Below are positions 13,800 to 26,327 of a stretch of 64,000 nucleotides of DNA, piece after piece. Positions within the stretch are counted from its first letter, which is position 1. Each line of letters opens with the position of its first letter. The DNA is from Octopus vulgaris (Eukaryota): NCBI GenBank assembly GCA_951406725.2, contig OX597823.1:116436001-116500000 (forward strand), read 5' to 3'. Under the pieces are notes generated by a model. That model was not told the DNA's origin, made no database searches, and saw only the letters and a program-made list of their open reading frames with translations. The translations under genes were made by a program, and so were the position numbers.

Positions 13800-14160
13800 A
13801 TCATCATTATCGTTTAACGTCCATTTTCCATGCTAGCATGGGTTGGACGATTTTGACTGAGGGCTGGCGAGCCAGATGGTCGCACCAGGCTCCAATCTTG
13901 ATTTGGCAGAGTTTCCTAATGCCAACCACTCTGAGAGTGTAGTGGGTGCTTTTTACGTGACACCGGCATGGGGGCCAGTCAGGCGGTACTGGCAATGACC
14001 TCGCTCATATCTTTTACACGTGCCACCGGAACAGGTGCCAGTAAAGCGACGTTGGTAATGATCATGCTCGAATGGTGTCCTTGTACATGCCACGGGTACG
14101 GAAGCCAGTTGGCTGCTCTGGCAATGATCACGCTCAGATGGTGCTCTTAGCATATCTACC
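13800..14160 (-). mobile_element. RTE-type LINE 3'-UTR fragment with internal tandem units
   Basis: Same tail as 5074-6320. Further copies at ~14982-15125, 22072-22555, 25880-26127, 47575-47820, 50623-50940, 52893-53093, 54882-55325, 56900-57140, 58445-58696, 60151-60262. Confidence 0.8.
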
Positions 14161-14619
14161 AATATTGTATATTGGTGTCCCAAATGCATACACCCTGAAT
14201 CTACTTTCTACCATGATTCACTGACAAGCCTTGTTTGAATTTCCCACAACCTTGTATATTGTATCAAATATAAATCTCATAACTCTTACATATTGGTGAA
14301 AATTGACATCTTTTATGTTGACTGCTTTCTTCAAACACCTTTACATGATGTTTACATTTTCATAAGATGTGCATGAAAATATGTATATTTTAATGATTTA
14401 ATTACAGAAATTATTCATAGGGTATTCATGACTAGATCACAAGGAAGAGGTCATATTTGCTAACTGGCATACAATTACAGGATATATATAGCGAATTCTA
14501 AACACTTAACTCCCAAATAGGTTATTCCAGCTGACTGTAAATAGTTATTGCATGACAGGAGCAAATCATTCCTGTAAGCAGTGACCGAAATTGCACATCC
14601 ACCCTCTTATACAATATGC

Positions 14620-14624
14620 ATACA

Positions 14625-14716
<92 letters not shown>

Positions 14717-14732
14717 TATATATATATGTGTG

Positions 14733-14773
<41 letters not shown>

Positions 14774-14980
14774 TATATATAGATATATATATATATAGAT
14801 AGATATAGATATATATGCATATATATATATAGAGAGAGAGGGGGGAGGGAGATCATCATCATTGTTCGACCGTGGTCGAGACAATGGAATTTACCAATGG
14901 AAGGGAGAGATAGATAGATAGATAGATAGATAGATATATATAGACAGATAGATAGATATATATACATACATACACACACA
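14620..14980. repeat. (TA)n/(TAGA)n microsatellites
   Basis: Directly visible. Confidence 0.95.
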
Positions 14981-15164
14981 TATCATCATCATCATCATCG
15001 TTTAACGTCCGCTTTCCATGCTAGCATGGGTTGGACGGTTCAACTGGGGTCTGGGAAGCCCGAAGGCTGCACCAGGCCAGTCAGATGTGGCAGTGTTTCT
15101 ACAGCTGGATGCCCTTCCTAACGCCATATATATTATGTATATATATATACATAATACATACATA

Positions 15165-15209
<45 letters not shown>

Positions 15210-17117
15210 TTTGTTCATGTTTGGATTAACTATATATATATATAGATAGATATATATATATATTTATGCTGCTATTTAAACTGCCGTATACTACCAATTA
15301 AATTAGCATATGCACAATATTCTATTGATACACTGCTTATTTGAATCACAATAGAATACATATACACTGCTATATCTATACACTATACTATATCTATATA
15401 CTGCTCTTTAAATTGCCATATATCATAGCAATATCTTCTGTTTGAATTACCATTTGCTTCTAGTCCTCTTCTATCTAAACAATCATACATTGCCATATTA
15501 AGGACGTGACATTTATTTATAAAACAACATTCATTCCTTGTATCAATATTCTTGACATGACAGATTAACTCTAAATCTTTCCATGATTACACTTGACACT
15601 TTATTATGAAAGGGCCCAAAGTCATAAAAGTCCCATTATAAATGTAGGAAACGGCTTCCTCTCTGTGTAATTGGCTTCATTAATCAGTATTACCTGATGT
15701 ACAATATATTCCGGTTAACTTGGAGATTCTGATGTACTTTTACAGATGGAAGAAACCTTAACAAGTGACATCTTTTTAAAATTAAATTGTAGTAAAAGGT
15801 ATGTTTCCAAAGACATTATTGATATTGCTGGAAAAATTTAATTTAATTAATGGTTCTATTGCTTTTGTTTTTCTATTTTTTCTTCTGTTTAATTGTTAGG
15901 AATTTTTGCGAAGATAATTTTCTCGCTTTCTTCCGCTACATACTATTGGAAATAGAATGAAACATAAAACTTAATTATCAGTATTAACAGAAATAAATAA
16001 AGGACAGAATTTGCAACTGTAGCATTAATCACATGTGATATTCATAAACAAATTCAAATATTTCTGTAAAAACAATCATTACATTGACGAGAAAGACGAC
16101 TTAAAAGCTGCAGTAATAATTGAGACCGTAATCTGGAAAGCCAAGTTGCAATGTTGACCTAAAACTAATATTTTCTTCTCGTTTGTTTGTTTTTACTTTC
16201 AGCTGGCAATAAAATGATTGTAGAAGTCCATGCTTAATGCTTCAAATATTCTGAATAAATTGTCAAAATATTTGAATATTAACATTTTAATTGATAAAGT
16301 CTAAACAGAAATGGTATTTTTGTGATGCCTGTGGGTCGTGTTGATTGTATGCAAGCAGGGGAAATTGGTGAAGTTATTAGGGACTTTAAAGAGTAGTTTA
16401 ATATTTGGCCAGGTTATGCCTTTTACACATTAAGGTGTGGGCATAAAACGATGCTTTTGAGATGAGAAACACGCATCATGTAATGGGGATTATATCTGGT
16501 GCAAACAGTCAGAGTCTTGTGTGGTGATTCAACCACAACTAGTAATCGACATCACTGTCATCAGCATCATTTTAATGTCCATTTTCCCAATCTTGCACGG
16601 TGTGGATGGAGTTTATTGAGGCAGATATTGGTTGTGTTCATTGGGAAAGAGAGTAAATCATGTTATAAAGTTTCTAACATTCAACAGGCTGGATACCTTC
16701 ATATTCAACCATTACACGCACTTAGCACGACTGTGGCTTTCTTTACAATTCAATTCAGTTACAAATGGAAGTTCAGTAGAAACCAAACCATCAGTTATTG
16801 CTTGTTGTTACAGAAGTAAATGTAAATATATAAGTGGATTATTGTGTGTAGAGCAAGTTATATAGAGGAGGAAAGAGTCTCCCACATACGAATTGGTAGA
16901 TTAGGTTAGTTTCAGTTTTTAGTACATACCATATGTTATTGGTTCCTTTTGGCCATCCTCACATTTAATATAATGAGATATTCATAACAATATGAATGCC
17001 GTGGCACCTATTCACTCTTTTCCTCCTAAACAAAGACTGACCCTTAATAGCTTCATTGTGAAAGCAAAGTTATATTCCCTCTGCTCCACACTGTACCCCC
17101 ATACAAACGTCACCCTT

Positions 17118-17399
17118 TTCAAGCCTAGCAAGGCTCATGGGCCCGGTTTCCCAGTTTCTATGGCGTATGTGTTACCCCCAGCAGGACGGGACACCAGTCC
17201 ATCGCAGCATTACTCAAGAAACAGGAAGAGAGAGTGAAAGAAAGTTGTGGTGAAAGAATATAATTGGGGTCGCCACCACCCCCTGCCAGAGCCTCATGGG
17301 GTTTTTAGGCGATTTTGCTCAATAAACACACACAACGCCCGGTCTGGGAATTGAAACTGCGAGTTTGTTGCCCTAACCACTGGGCCATTGTGCCTCCAC
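17118..17399 (-). mobile_element. SINE, family D-related subfamily
   Basis: tRNA-like head (GTGGAGGCACAATGGCCCAGTGGTTAG); homologous to 46547-46835. Confidence 0.75.
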
Positions 17400-17586
17400 A
17401 CTCCTATACAAAGCAATGCCCAAATAAAATATTCTATCTCTTCAAACTATGATACTGTATTCTATATACTGTCGTACCCTTTTACAACACAGAATCCCTA
17501 TATACCACTCTACCCTTCTACTACAGTGATAATGTATAGACTGTCTCTCGAAGCCAGCATGATAGAAGAAAATATCAGCATGGAAT

Positions 17587-17637
17587 TTTGTCAGTGAACA
17601 GGTCGCAATCTCAAAGCGACGAAAATATTTTGACAAA
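17587..17637 (+). ncRNA. Minimal type-I hammerhead ribozyme, G3-C8 core variant
   Basis: Stem I TTTGTCA/TGACAAA; core GTGAACA; extra G; stem II GTCGC/GCGAC; GAAA; palindromic stem III AAATATTT; NUH = UUU. Confidence 0.7.
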
Positions 17638-17716
17638 TAAAATTTAAATGTTGAAGTGAATCTAACGGTTTTTGTGTTTCTTAAACGTCTTATAAACACC
17701 TTCCATACTGCAATTG

Positions 17717-17747
<31 letters not shown>

Positions 17748-17748
<1 letters not shown>

Positions 17749-17935
17749 TGTTGTGTCCGGGGAGAGTCATTCTCTTTTGGTGCCTTATAATTTAACACTG
17801 TCCTGGGTAAAATTTACACTCATTTCTTTTTTATTTTATTTTTCTAAAATAAAAAAGAAATGAATGCAAATTTTACCAGTGAGTGTGTTAAATTATAAGG
17901 CAGCAAAAGAGAATGACTCTCCCTGGACACAACAG
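17748..17935. mobile_element. Palindromic fold-back element next to (TA)n
   Basis: Arms CTGTTGTGTCCGGGGAGAGTCATTCTC... / ...GAGAATGACTCTCCCTGGACACAACAG; same family as 1-224. Confidence 0.8.
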
Positions 17936-18003
17936 AATATGCTTCAACACACAAACTCATATAAAGAATCTTGCAAACCAAATCTAAAAATGAAATATAT
18001 ATT

Positions 18004-18408
18004 ACTCTTTTACTCTTTTACTTGTTTCAGTCATTTGACTGTGGCCATGCTGGAGCACCACCTTTAGTCAAGCAAATCGACCCCAGTACTTATTCTTTGA
18101 AAGCCTAGTACTTATTCTATCAGTCTCTTTTGCTGAACCACTAAGTTACCAGGATGTAAACACACCAGCATCAGTTGTCAAACGATGATGAGGAGGACAA
18201 ATACAGACACACAAACATATGCACACACATACATATATATATATATACAACGGGCTTCTTTCGGTTTCTGTCTACCAAATCCACTCACAAGCCTTTGGTC
18301 AGCCCGAGGCTATAGTAGAAGACACTTGTCCAAGGTTCCACACAGTAAGACTGAACCCGGAACCATGTAGTTGGTAAGCAAGCTACTTACCACACAGCCA
18401 CTCCTGCG
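18004..18408 (-). mobile_element. SINE family B (tRNA head, internal microsatellite, tail GGTGCTCCAGCATGGCCACAGTCAAATGACTGAAAC)
   Basis: At least 7 homologous copies in the window. Confidence 0.9.
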
Positions 18409-18776
18409 TTTGTGTATATATATATTCATATTCAAATGTACCTCTTTTCTCCCTGTCTGTCTGTCTCTCTTTTACAATATGTGCGTGTGTGTGTGTGCGT
18501 GCATACACGGAAACACGTATACATATATCATGGAATATATTCTGTATCTAGAACTAGATCTTCCTTATTAGGAATAAATAGACATTTTTCAACAACAACA
18601 ACATTAATAACAAGGACAACAAATATAAATAAGGTCCAATAATTATAATGACTGTCATACTAGGATATCATCAGCAGCAGCAGTACCACCACCACTACCA
18701 CCACTACCACCATTATCATGCTTTCTGCACATTTATGCAAGTTCCGTCAGCACTTCTACGTTCTTGAGCTGTGCTT

Positions 18777-19602
<826 letters not shown>

Positions 19603-19698
19603 CATTTTCTTCTGGGAAGATGTTGAATTCTGTGTTTTTTTATTTGCATCTGTTTGACTGTGTTGTTGTTGTTGTGTTTCTGTGGTTGGTTTTATGTT

Positions 19699-20432
19699 AT
19701 TACCTCTGCCTTGCCTTAGCGAAGGCAGAGGTATTGTTTACAGGCGCTGGAGTGGCTGTGTGGTAAGTAGCTTGCTTACCAACCACATGGTTCTGGGTTC
19801 AGTCCCACTGTGTGGCATCTTGGGCAAGTGTCTTCTACTATAGCCTCGGGCTGACCAAAGCCTTGTGAGAGGATTTGGTAGACAGAAACTGAAAGAAGCC
19901 CATCATATATATGTATATACGTATGTATATGTGTGTATTTGTGTGTCTGTTTGTCCCTCCAACATCACTTGACATCCGATGCTGGTGTGTTTACATCTCC
20001 ATAACTAAGCGGTTTGGCAAAAGAGACCAATAGAATAAGTACTAGGTTTACTAAGAATAAGTTCTAGGGTTGATTTGCTCGACTAAAGGTGGTGCTCCAG
20101 CATGGCCACAGTCAAATGACTAAAACAAGTAAAAGAGTAAGATTTGTGTTTGTTTGTTTGTCTGTGGTCAAGATATCTCAAGAACCGCTGGATGGATTTG
20201 GATGAAACTTTCAGGGATGTTTGGCCTCATGACTGGCATGAACTGATTAGATTTTGAGATTAATCCAGTACTGGACAAGGATTCTGGATTGTTTTTCCTG
20301 CTTTTTTACTTAATTTTTGAGAGCAGTCGGGTTCATTTCAGATATTCTCATTTTAAAAATCATTTCTAGCTAATCATTGAGAGGAAGTTGGTGATGCCTT
20401 GGCGGAGGTTTGTGCTCTCTCAGTGCTCTTGT
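19699..20432 (+). mobile_element. Non-autonomous Helentron/DINE-like element, interrupted by a SINE B
   Basis: Subterminal inverted repeats ACCTCTGCC / GGCGGAGGT, (GTTT)n, GGATTTGGATGAAACTT motif, 3' hairpin-like GTGCTCTCTCAGTGC. Confidence 0.6.
19742..20140 (+). mobile_element. SINE family B, full length
   Basis: A-box/B-box-like head (TGGCTGTGTGG / GGTTCAGTCCC) and family tail. Confidence 0.9.
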
Positions 20433-20782
20433 TTCAGTGTTCGTTTTCTTTTGAGTAAAAGTATACTGTTGTGTAATGCTTGCTGTATTTTCAGCTGGTG
20501 TTCATGTTGTATGTGAGCATGAATTTTGTTATATCATTTGGTTGACTCCATAAAGTATGTGTTGTGTATGTAGATGTTTTGTGAGGGAAAATTTTATGCT
20601 TTTTTGACACATGCACGACTGTTTGTTTAAGAAATTTGCTTCTTAAAAACATCATTTTGGGTTCAGTCCCATTATGTGGCACCTTTGGTAAATATTTCAT
20701 AGTTTCCGGCTGAGCAAAACTCTTTAAATGGATTTGATGGATGGAAGCTGAAAGAAGTCTGTTATATGTGTATATGTATATG

Positions 20783-21493
20783 TACAAGGGACTACTGAAA
20801 AGTCCCTGGCTTTAGGTAAAAGAAAATACAGGAGGATCAGTTAATTGTGATTTTGTTCAACATATTCCCCTCTCAGTTTCACACACATATTGCAGCGGTC
20901 CTTCAGTTTTTCTAAGCCCCATAAAAAAACTTAGAAGGTTGGACCTTCAACCACGCCTTTCACAAGAACCCTTGGATCTTTTCCCTTTGAACGACAGATC
21001 AAGAAATTAAATTTTTGTAACTAAACACTTTCAATCTTCGGACACTGGTAGAATGTGTCATATAAAACATCTTTTACTCTTAGTGTTGTTGAGAAAAGTT
21101 TATATTTTCAAAGTTATTTCGTGTTAAAGTAGTCGTATTTCGGTAATTTCAACCAATCAATGACATGTATTCAGCTGCCATTGTTTGTCAACAACAACTA
21201 TCGGTGATGTATATTTCATTTGTCACTGTTATTTATGACATCATTCGTACATTTGTCCTGGTTTTAGCTTTAGAGCTTTAGGGTTAGAGTTAGGGTTAGG
21301 GTTTTAGAGTTAGGGTTAGGGTTTTAGGGTTAGGCTTAGGGTTTTAGAGTTAGGGTTAGGGCTAGGATTTTAGGGTTAGGGTTAGAGTTTTAGAGTTAGG
21401 GTTAAGGTTTTAGAGTTAGGGTTTTAGGGTTATGGTTAAAGTGTAAAGATCCAAACCCTTAAAGCTAGAAACTTTTCAGCCCCTACCCTCGTA
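20783..21493. mobile_element. Tc1/mariner-type MITE, second copy, with nested TIR element
   Basis: TA-flanked TIRs; internal homology to 7587-8534. Confidence 0.8.
20974..21452. mobile_element. Short-TIR element containing telomere-like repeats
   Basis: TIR GGATCTTT/AAAGATCC; TSD GAACCCTT/AAACCCTT; internal TTAGGG/TTTTAGGG/TTAGAG array at ~21265-21438. Confidence 0.7.
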
Positions 21494-21841
21494 TGTAAGT
21501 GTGTGCGTGTGTGTATGTATGTATGGGTGAGTATATGTATGTACATGTGTTTATATATGTATGTAAGCATATGTATGTATGTACATGTCTATGGGGTGGG
21601 GTGAATGTTGTTTGTGGGCACGTGTTCAGGTCTGTGCATTTGTTTGCCTTTGCACTCATTTCCATTACTCTTGTGACCTCCAAGTGGTGGAGTTACTTCT
21701 CTCAACAAATCCTTTGATTGCTTTACACCTTCAAACCTGTATGTCATAAGAAACCCCTTTAATCATTAAATCAGTTAAGGGTCAGCAACCAGAAGAGCAT
21801 CCAGCTGCAAACCATTGCTCCAATAGCATATTCATCTAACC

Positions 21842-22668
21842 CAGGGGTTCTTAACCATTTTTTTATCTATGGATCCCTTTGATTAATATTTTATTCTGGT
21901 GATACCCCCCCCCCCATAGCCATTGCCATTCGATGTTTAAAAATTAGTTTTATAGAAACTACATTCAAAATTACTGTTTTGCTTTTTACACATTCACATG
22001 TAGCGGTTGAACTATGTAAAATGATAGGAAAGGAAACCTGGCTGTTTCTTGCAATTCATACGAATACAGACATCATCGTCATTATCATCGTCATCATCAT
22101 CGTTTAATGTCCATTTTCCATGCTGGCATGGGTTGGATGGTTCGACCGGGTTCTGGGAAGCCAGGAGGCTGCACCAGGCTACAGTCTGATTTGACAGTGT
22201 TTCTACAGCTGGATGCCCTTCCTAATGCCAACCACTCTATGAGTATAGTGGATGCTTTTTATATGCCACCGGCACAGGGGCCACAGGAGGCTGGCAATGT
22301 CCACAATCAGTTGGTGCTTTTTACGTGCCACCAGCATGGACACTAGTCAAGGCAGTGCTGGTATTGGCCATGTCCAGATGGTGATTTTTACGTGCCACCG
22401 GCACAGGTATTGCAACTACAATTTCCATTTGATTTTTATTTGATGTTGATGTACTTGACTCAGTAGGTCTCCTCAAGCACAGCAGGTCACTCTACGATCC
22501 AAGGTAAGCACAGCAGGCCATCCTGCGAGCCATGAACTCACTTCATTTGTCGGGTCCTAAGGCAAAATTTTTTCAGGGGCCTTTAATATACCATTGTGGC
22601 TCCTCAGTTTACTATTTCGTTGTGTGGATCCCAAAAAACTTTGTATGGACCCCGGTTGAGAACCTTTG
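21842..22668. mobile_element. hAT (Charlie-like) MITE with nested RTE 3' fragment
   Basis: TIRs CAGGGGTTCTTAACC / GGTTGAGAACCTTTG; degenerate 8-bp TSD ATCTAACC/ATTTAATT. Confidence 0.65.
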
Positions 22669-24024
22669 ATTTAATTCATTCTAGCATGGGGAAATGGGCA
22701 TAAAATCATACCAACAAGTGAACAAACATGTTTTCAGAAAGTGAGTTGTTTGGATTGACTTATGTAGGTTGTACCTATTTTTTTTTACAACTATATATAA
22801 TGTAGTAAACCTTGTCATGAACTTGTATGTTTTTGTTCATATTTTTTTTTAATTACGGCTGCTGCTCCAATTATTATTTTAACTGTCTTTCCTTTGATTT
22901 ACCACACCCTGTTTACTTCAATTCAAATATTCTTGTAATCATAATAGTTTCTCCCTCTCCTTTCAAGCAAATATTTTGGTCAAAAGAGTTCAAGATGATT
23001 TTTGTTCCAGCCATTAATAATTATTATATCTTGACAGCTTGCCTTGACTTCATTTTATGTCCAGAGTTCGAATCCTGACAGGGATTATTTCATCTGTCGT
23101 TTTTAATGGATCAATAAAATAAATACCAGTCAAATACAGCAATTTATTAATTGGGCAACACACCTCCATCCAAAGTTTTGATCTTAGGCTGATAGCATCA
23201 TAGCAGTAGTAGTAGTAGTAGTAGTGGTGGTGGTGGTGGTGGTGGTAGTAGTATCAGCAGCAATATTGTGTCATCAAAAATTGATTCCTATCACTTACAG
23301 CTAATCCCTGTCTTTGACCTTATTTTAGCAAGAATACAGAAAAAATAAATAATATTCTAATTTTTTTTTATTAATATAATATAACAAGTCACTGCAAACT
23401 GGTCATATTGGGATAAGTGTTCTAACATGACTGGTTCTGTTGATCTAAGTTGGATGTGTATCTGTGATATATAGAATTTCCCAGCATGCAAGTTGACATT
23501 GTGTAAGTATTTAGCACAAACATTCCAGCATCATTGCCATCTTTCCAAATCCTGCTGCATTTCCAATAAAATCTTTGGTCCTCCAAAGCTGGTGCTCCAC
23601 TTAAAATTTTATATGTTTATCAATATTGTTCAACCTATTGTATATTTGAAGAGTCACCTCATGAAGTGATGTAAATATGAGGACATCATCCACATACCTG
23701 GCAAAAAACCAACAAACAAACAAAAAACACAGGAGTAACAGCTGTTGAGTACCCTGCTTTCCAACCAGTTAAAGAACATGTTTATGCTAATGCTTCTTCC
23801 ATCAAAAAGCACCTAAGACATCCAGGTTTCCATATGAAGCTACAGGAAGAAACATTGGGAACTTAAGAATAAAAGAAGCTATCTTAATTAACAAGTACAA
23901 CTCATATATTAACATCAGATATGAACTGCATTTGTCTGATTGGATACTATAGCAATACAAAACAACCCTTCATATGCACATACTGCAGTACAAAAAAGTT
24001 GGCTAACAACACTTTTTGTCTGAA

Positions 24025-24066
24025 TATTTCCTGATGAAGGGATGTTTACCCTGAAATATTGAAATA
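24025..24066 (+). ncRNA. Minimal type-I hammerhead ribozyme, canonical core
   Basis: Stem I TATTTC/GAAATA; CTGATGA; stem II AGGG/CCCT; GAAA; palindrome AATATT. Confidence 0.7.
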
Positions 24067-25022
24067 CCAGGTAAAAGTACAAACCATCAACCTGTAATAT
24101 CAATTTTTATAATTTGCATTGCCCTGGCCTTAAAAGATAATTAAAACAAATATATCCATGTGTGTGTGTGTGTGTGTGTGTTTGTGAGGGAAGTAGTATC
24201 TCTTTCATCAGGACATGTTATGTGATTGTTGAAAACAAAGACCCCATTGATAAGGTGTTGCCTGTTACCAGTTCTCTGTAGAATTATGTCTTGACTATTT
24301 GTTGTGTGATAGACTAGATGATTATTAGTACACTTGGAAATGAGTAGCAGTTGCTAGTTATAAGTTATAAGCATCCAGCTGTAGAAGATTCTGCCTCAAC
24401 ATATTCTCATCTGACTCATGCATGGGAAAAAGATGCTGAAATGGTTCTGCTGCTGCTGTTGTTGTTGTTGTTAAGCAACAAGACAGGTAATGGTGATGGT
24501 CTAGGGCTTAGGGGTGGGAGACCCCAGACCTTGGAAAAAAAAAACAACTTTGGTCGTCTTGTTGTAGTCGAGGGCTCTTCGTTGACGCATGGCACCACTG
24601 GGAGGTGGCCCTTGAAGTCACTGGAAATGAAGATCTCCAGGCCCAAATTCTCGAACGGCTGCTGCTGCTGATGATGATGATGATGGTGATATTTCTTACT
24701 TTGTTTATCTTTATTTTGTATTGCAAGTTACTTCATGCACTCACTAATGCTGGTATCACAAAAAGAGTCCCCAATACACTTTGTGAAGTGGTTGACATTA
24801 GGAAGGGCATCCATGCCCAAGCAGACACAGGAACTTGATACTGTCCTCCAGTTCATTTGAGACTATCAAATCATCTCACCCATACCAGCATCAGAGATGC
24901 GTATTAACTGATGTTGATTATATATATTTATACATGCACACACACACACACACACATACACGCACACACTTGTACATATAGACATACATGAATGCATACA
25001 TACAAACATACATACATATGCT

Positions 25023-25357
25023 GAGACCCCTTCGGTCATGACTGACCATGGAATTGCACCTAGAAAGTAACCCTCCGAGGCACAAGTCTGGGCAAGATTG
25101 TTTATGGAAGGCCTGGGGTCACCCATGCATACCAGCCTCCCCTCTCCACGCCAATAGTGTTATCCAAGGGAAAGGCAAAGGCCGATACAGCTTGGCACCT
25201 GTGAAGTCACAACTCATTTCTACAGCTGAGTGAACTGGAGCAACGTGAAATAAAGTGTTTTGCTCAAGAACACAACATGCAGCCCGGTCTGGGATTGAAA
25301 CTTACCACCTCATGATCATAAGCTCGATGCTCTAACAACTGAGCCATGCACCTTCAC
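25023..25357 (-). mobile_element. SINE family C (tRNA head, TTGAGCAA...CTCCAGTTCACTCAGCTG core, RTE-like tail)
   Basis: Homologous to 40595-40911 and 47022-47361. Confidence 0.88.
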
Positions 25358-25368
25358 TATACATAATG

Positions 25369-25437
<69 letters not shown>

Positions 25438-26253
25438 GTATATGCATACCTACATATATATGTATATATACATGCATATATGGGTACAGGACATCAATAA
25501 AAACATGAACAAAATGAAAATCGGGAACATAAAAAAAACAAAAACATGGAAAACGAACTTTTTTATCGAGCAATGAATAAAACAAATAGAGAAACAAGAG
25601 AGGCAACATAAAGAACAATCCCTTCATCAGTTGCCCCTTGTTTTATCTACTCTGCATTTCGAACGTATATATATATAATAGTGGCAATCTTTCCAAGTAG
25701 ATAGAACACAGGGAAGATAAAGACCCAAGAAGTCATGGGACAAAATACTGAACAATACTAAACTTTTCAGACAAGATACCTGGCACTTTGCTGTACTCAA
25801 GAAGACCTGTTACTCCACAACAGAAGTTGTAAGGCCCCCCCCTACCCCACCGTGAAGAGGATTGGCATGCAAGAGTCTTGTGTCAGTGCCATGTAAAAGC
25901 ACTCTTGCTGGTGTCATGTAAGAGCACTTGTGCAGTGCCATGTAAAAGCACCCAGCACACTCTATGAAGTGGTTGATGTTAGGAAGGGCATCCAACTGTA
26001 GAACCTACACCAATCAGACTGGAGCCTCGTGCAGCCTTCCAGTTTGTCTGCTCTGGTCAAACCATTCAACCCATACCAGCATGGACAATGGATATTAAAG
26101 GATGATGATGATGATGATGATGATGATATTAATGTTTCTTTTTGTGTTCACTTGTAACAAACTTCTTTGTTTACATATGGTGTAACCTATATGACATCTA
26201 GCGTTCATGGATGATTCTATAACTTCTTAAATTGCAGAAGAATTTGGTGGTCA

Positions 26254-26327
26254 GGCAGTTTAGCTTAAATGGTAAAGCATTCCAACCAGATATTGGAGGG
26301 ACATGAGTTCAATCCTCATGGCTGGCT
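26254..26327 (+). pseudogene. tRNA-like cloverleaf (tRNA pseudogene or SINE head)
   Basis: D arm GCTT/AAGC, anticodon arm TCCAA/TTGGA, T arm ATGAG-TTCAATC-CTCAT, acceptor GGCAGTT/GGCTGGC with one mismatch; T5 run at 26337-26341; anticodon loop lacks U33. Confidence 0.6.

Noticed and set aside
11860-13800. Possible host exons at ~11860-12300 and 13368-13709
   Set aside because: No convincing splice structure; they look like very old LINE debris but cannot be classified.
13940-14160. Repeat-spacer-like periodicity resembling a CRISPR array
   Set aside because: Eukaryotic context; units are degenerate over their whole length, lie in a LINE 3' UTR, and there are no cas genes.
21265-21438. True telomere or chromosome fusion site
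   Set aside because: Short, degenerate, single orientation and enclosed by TIRs and a TSD.
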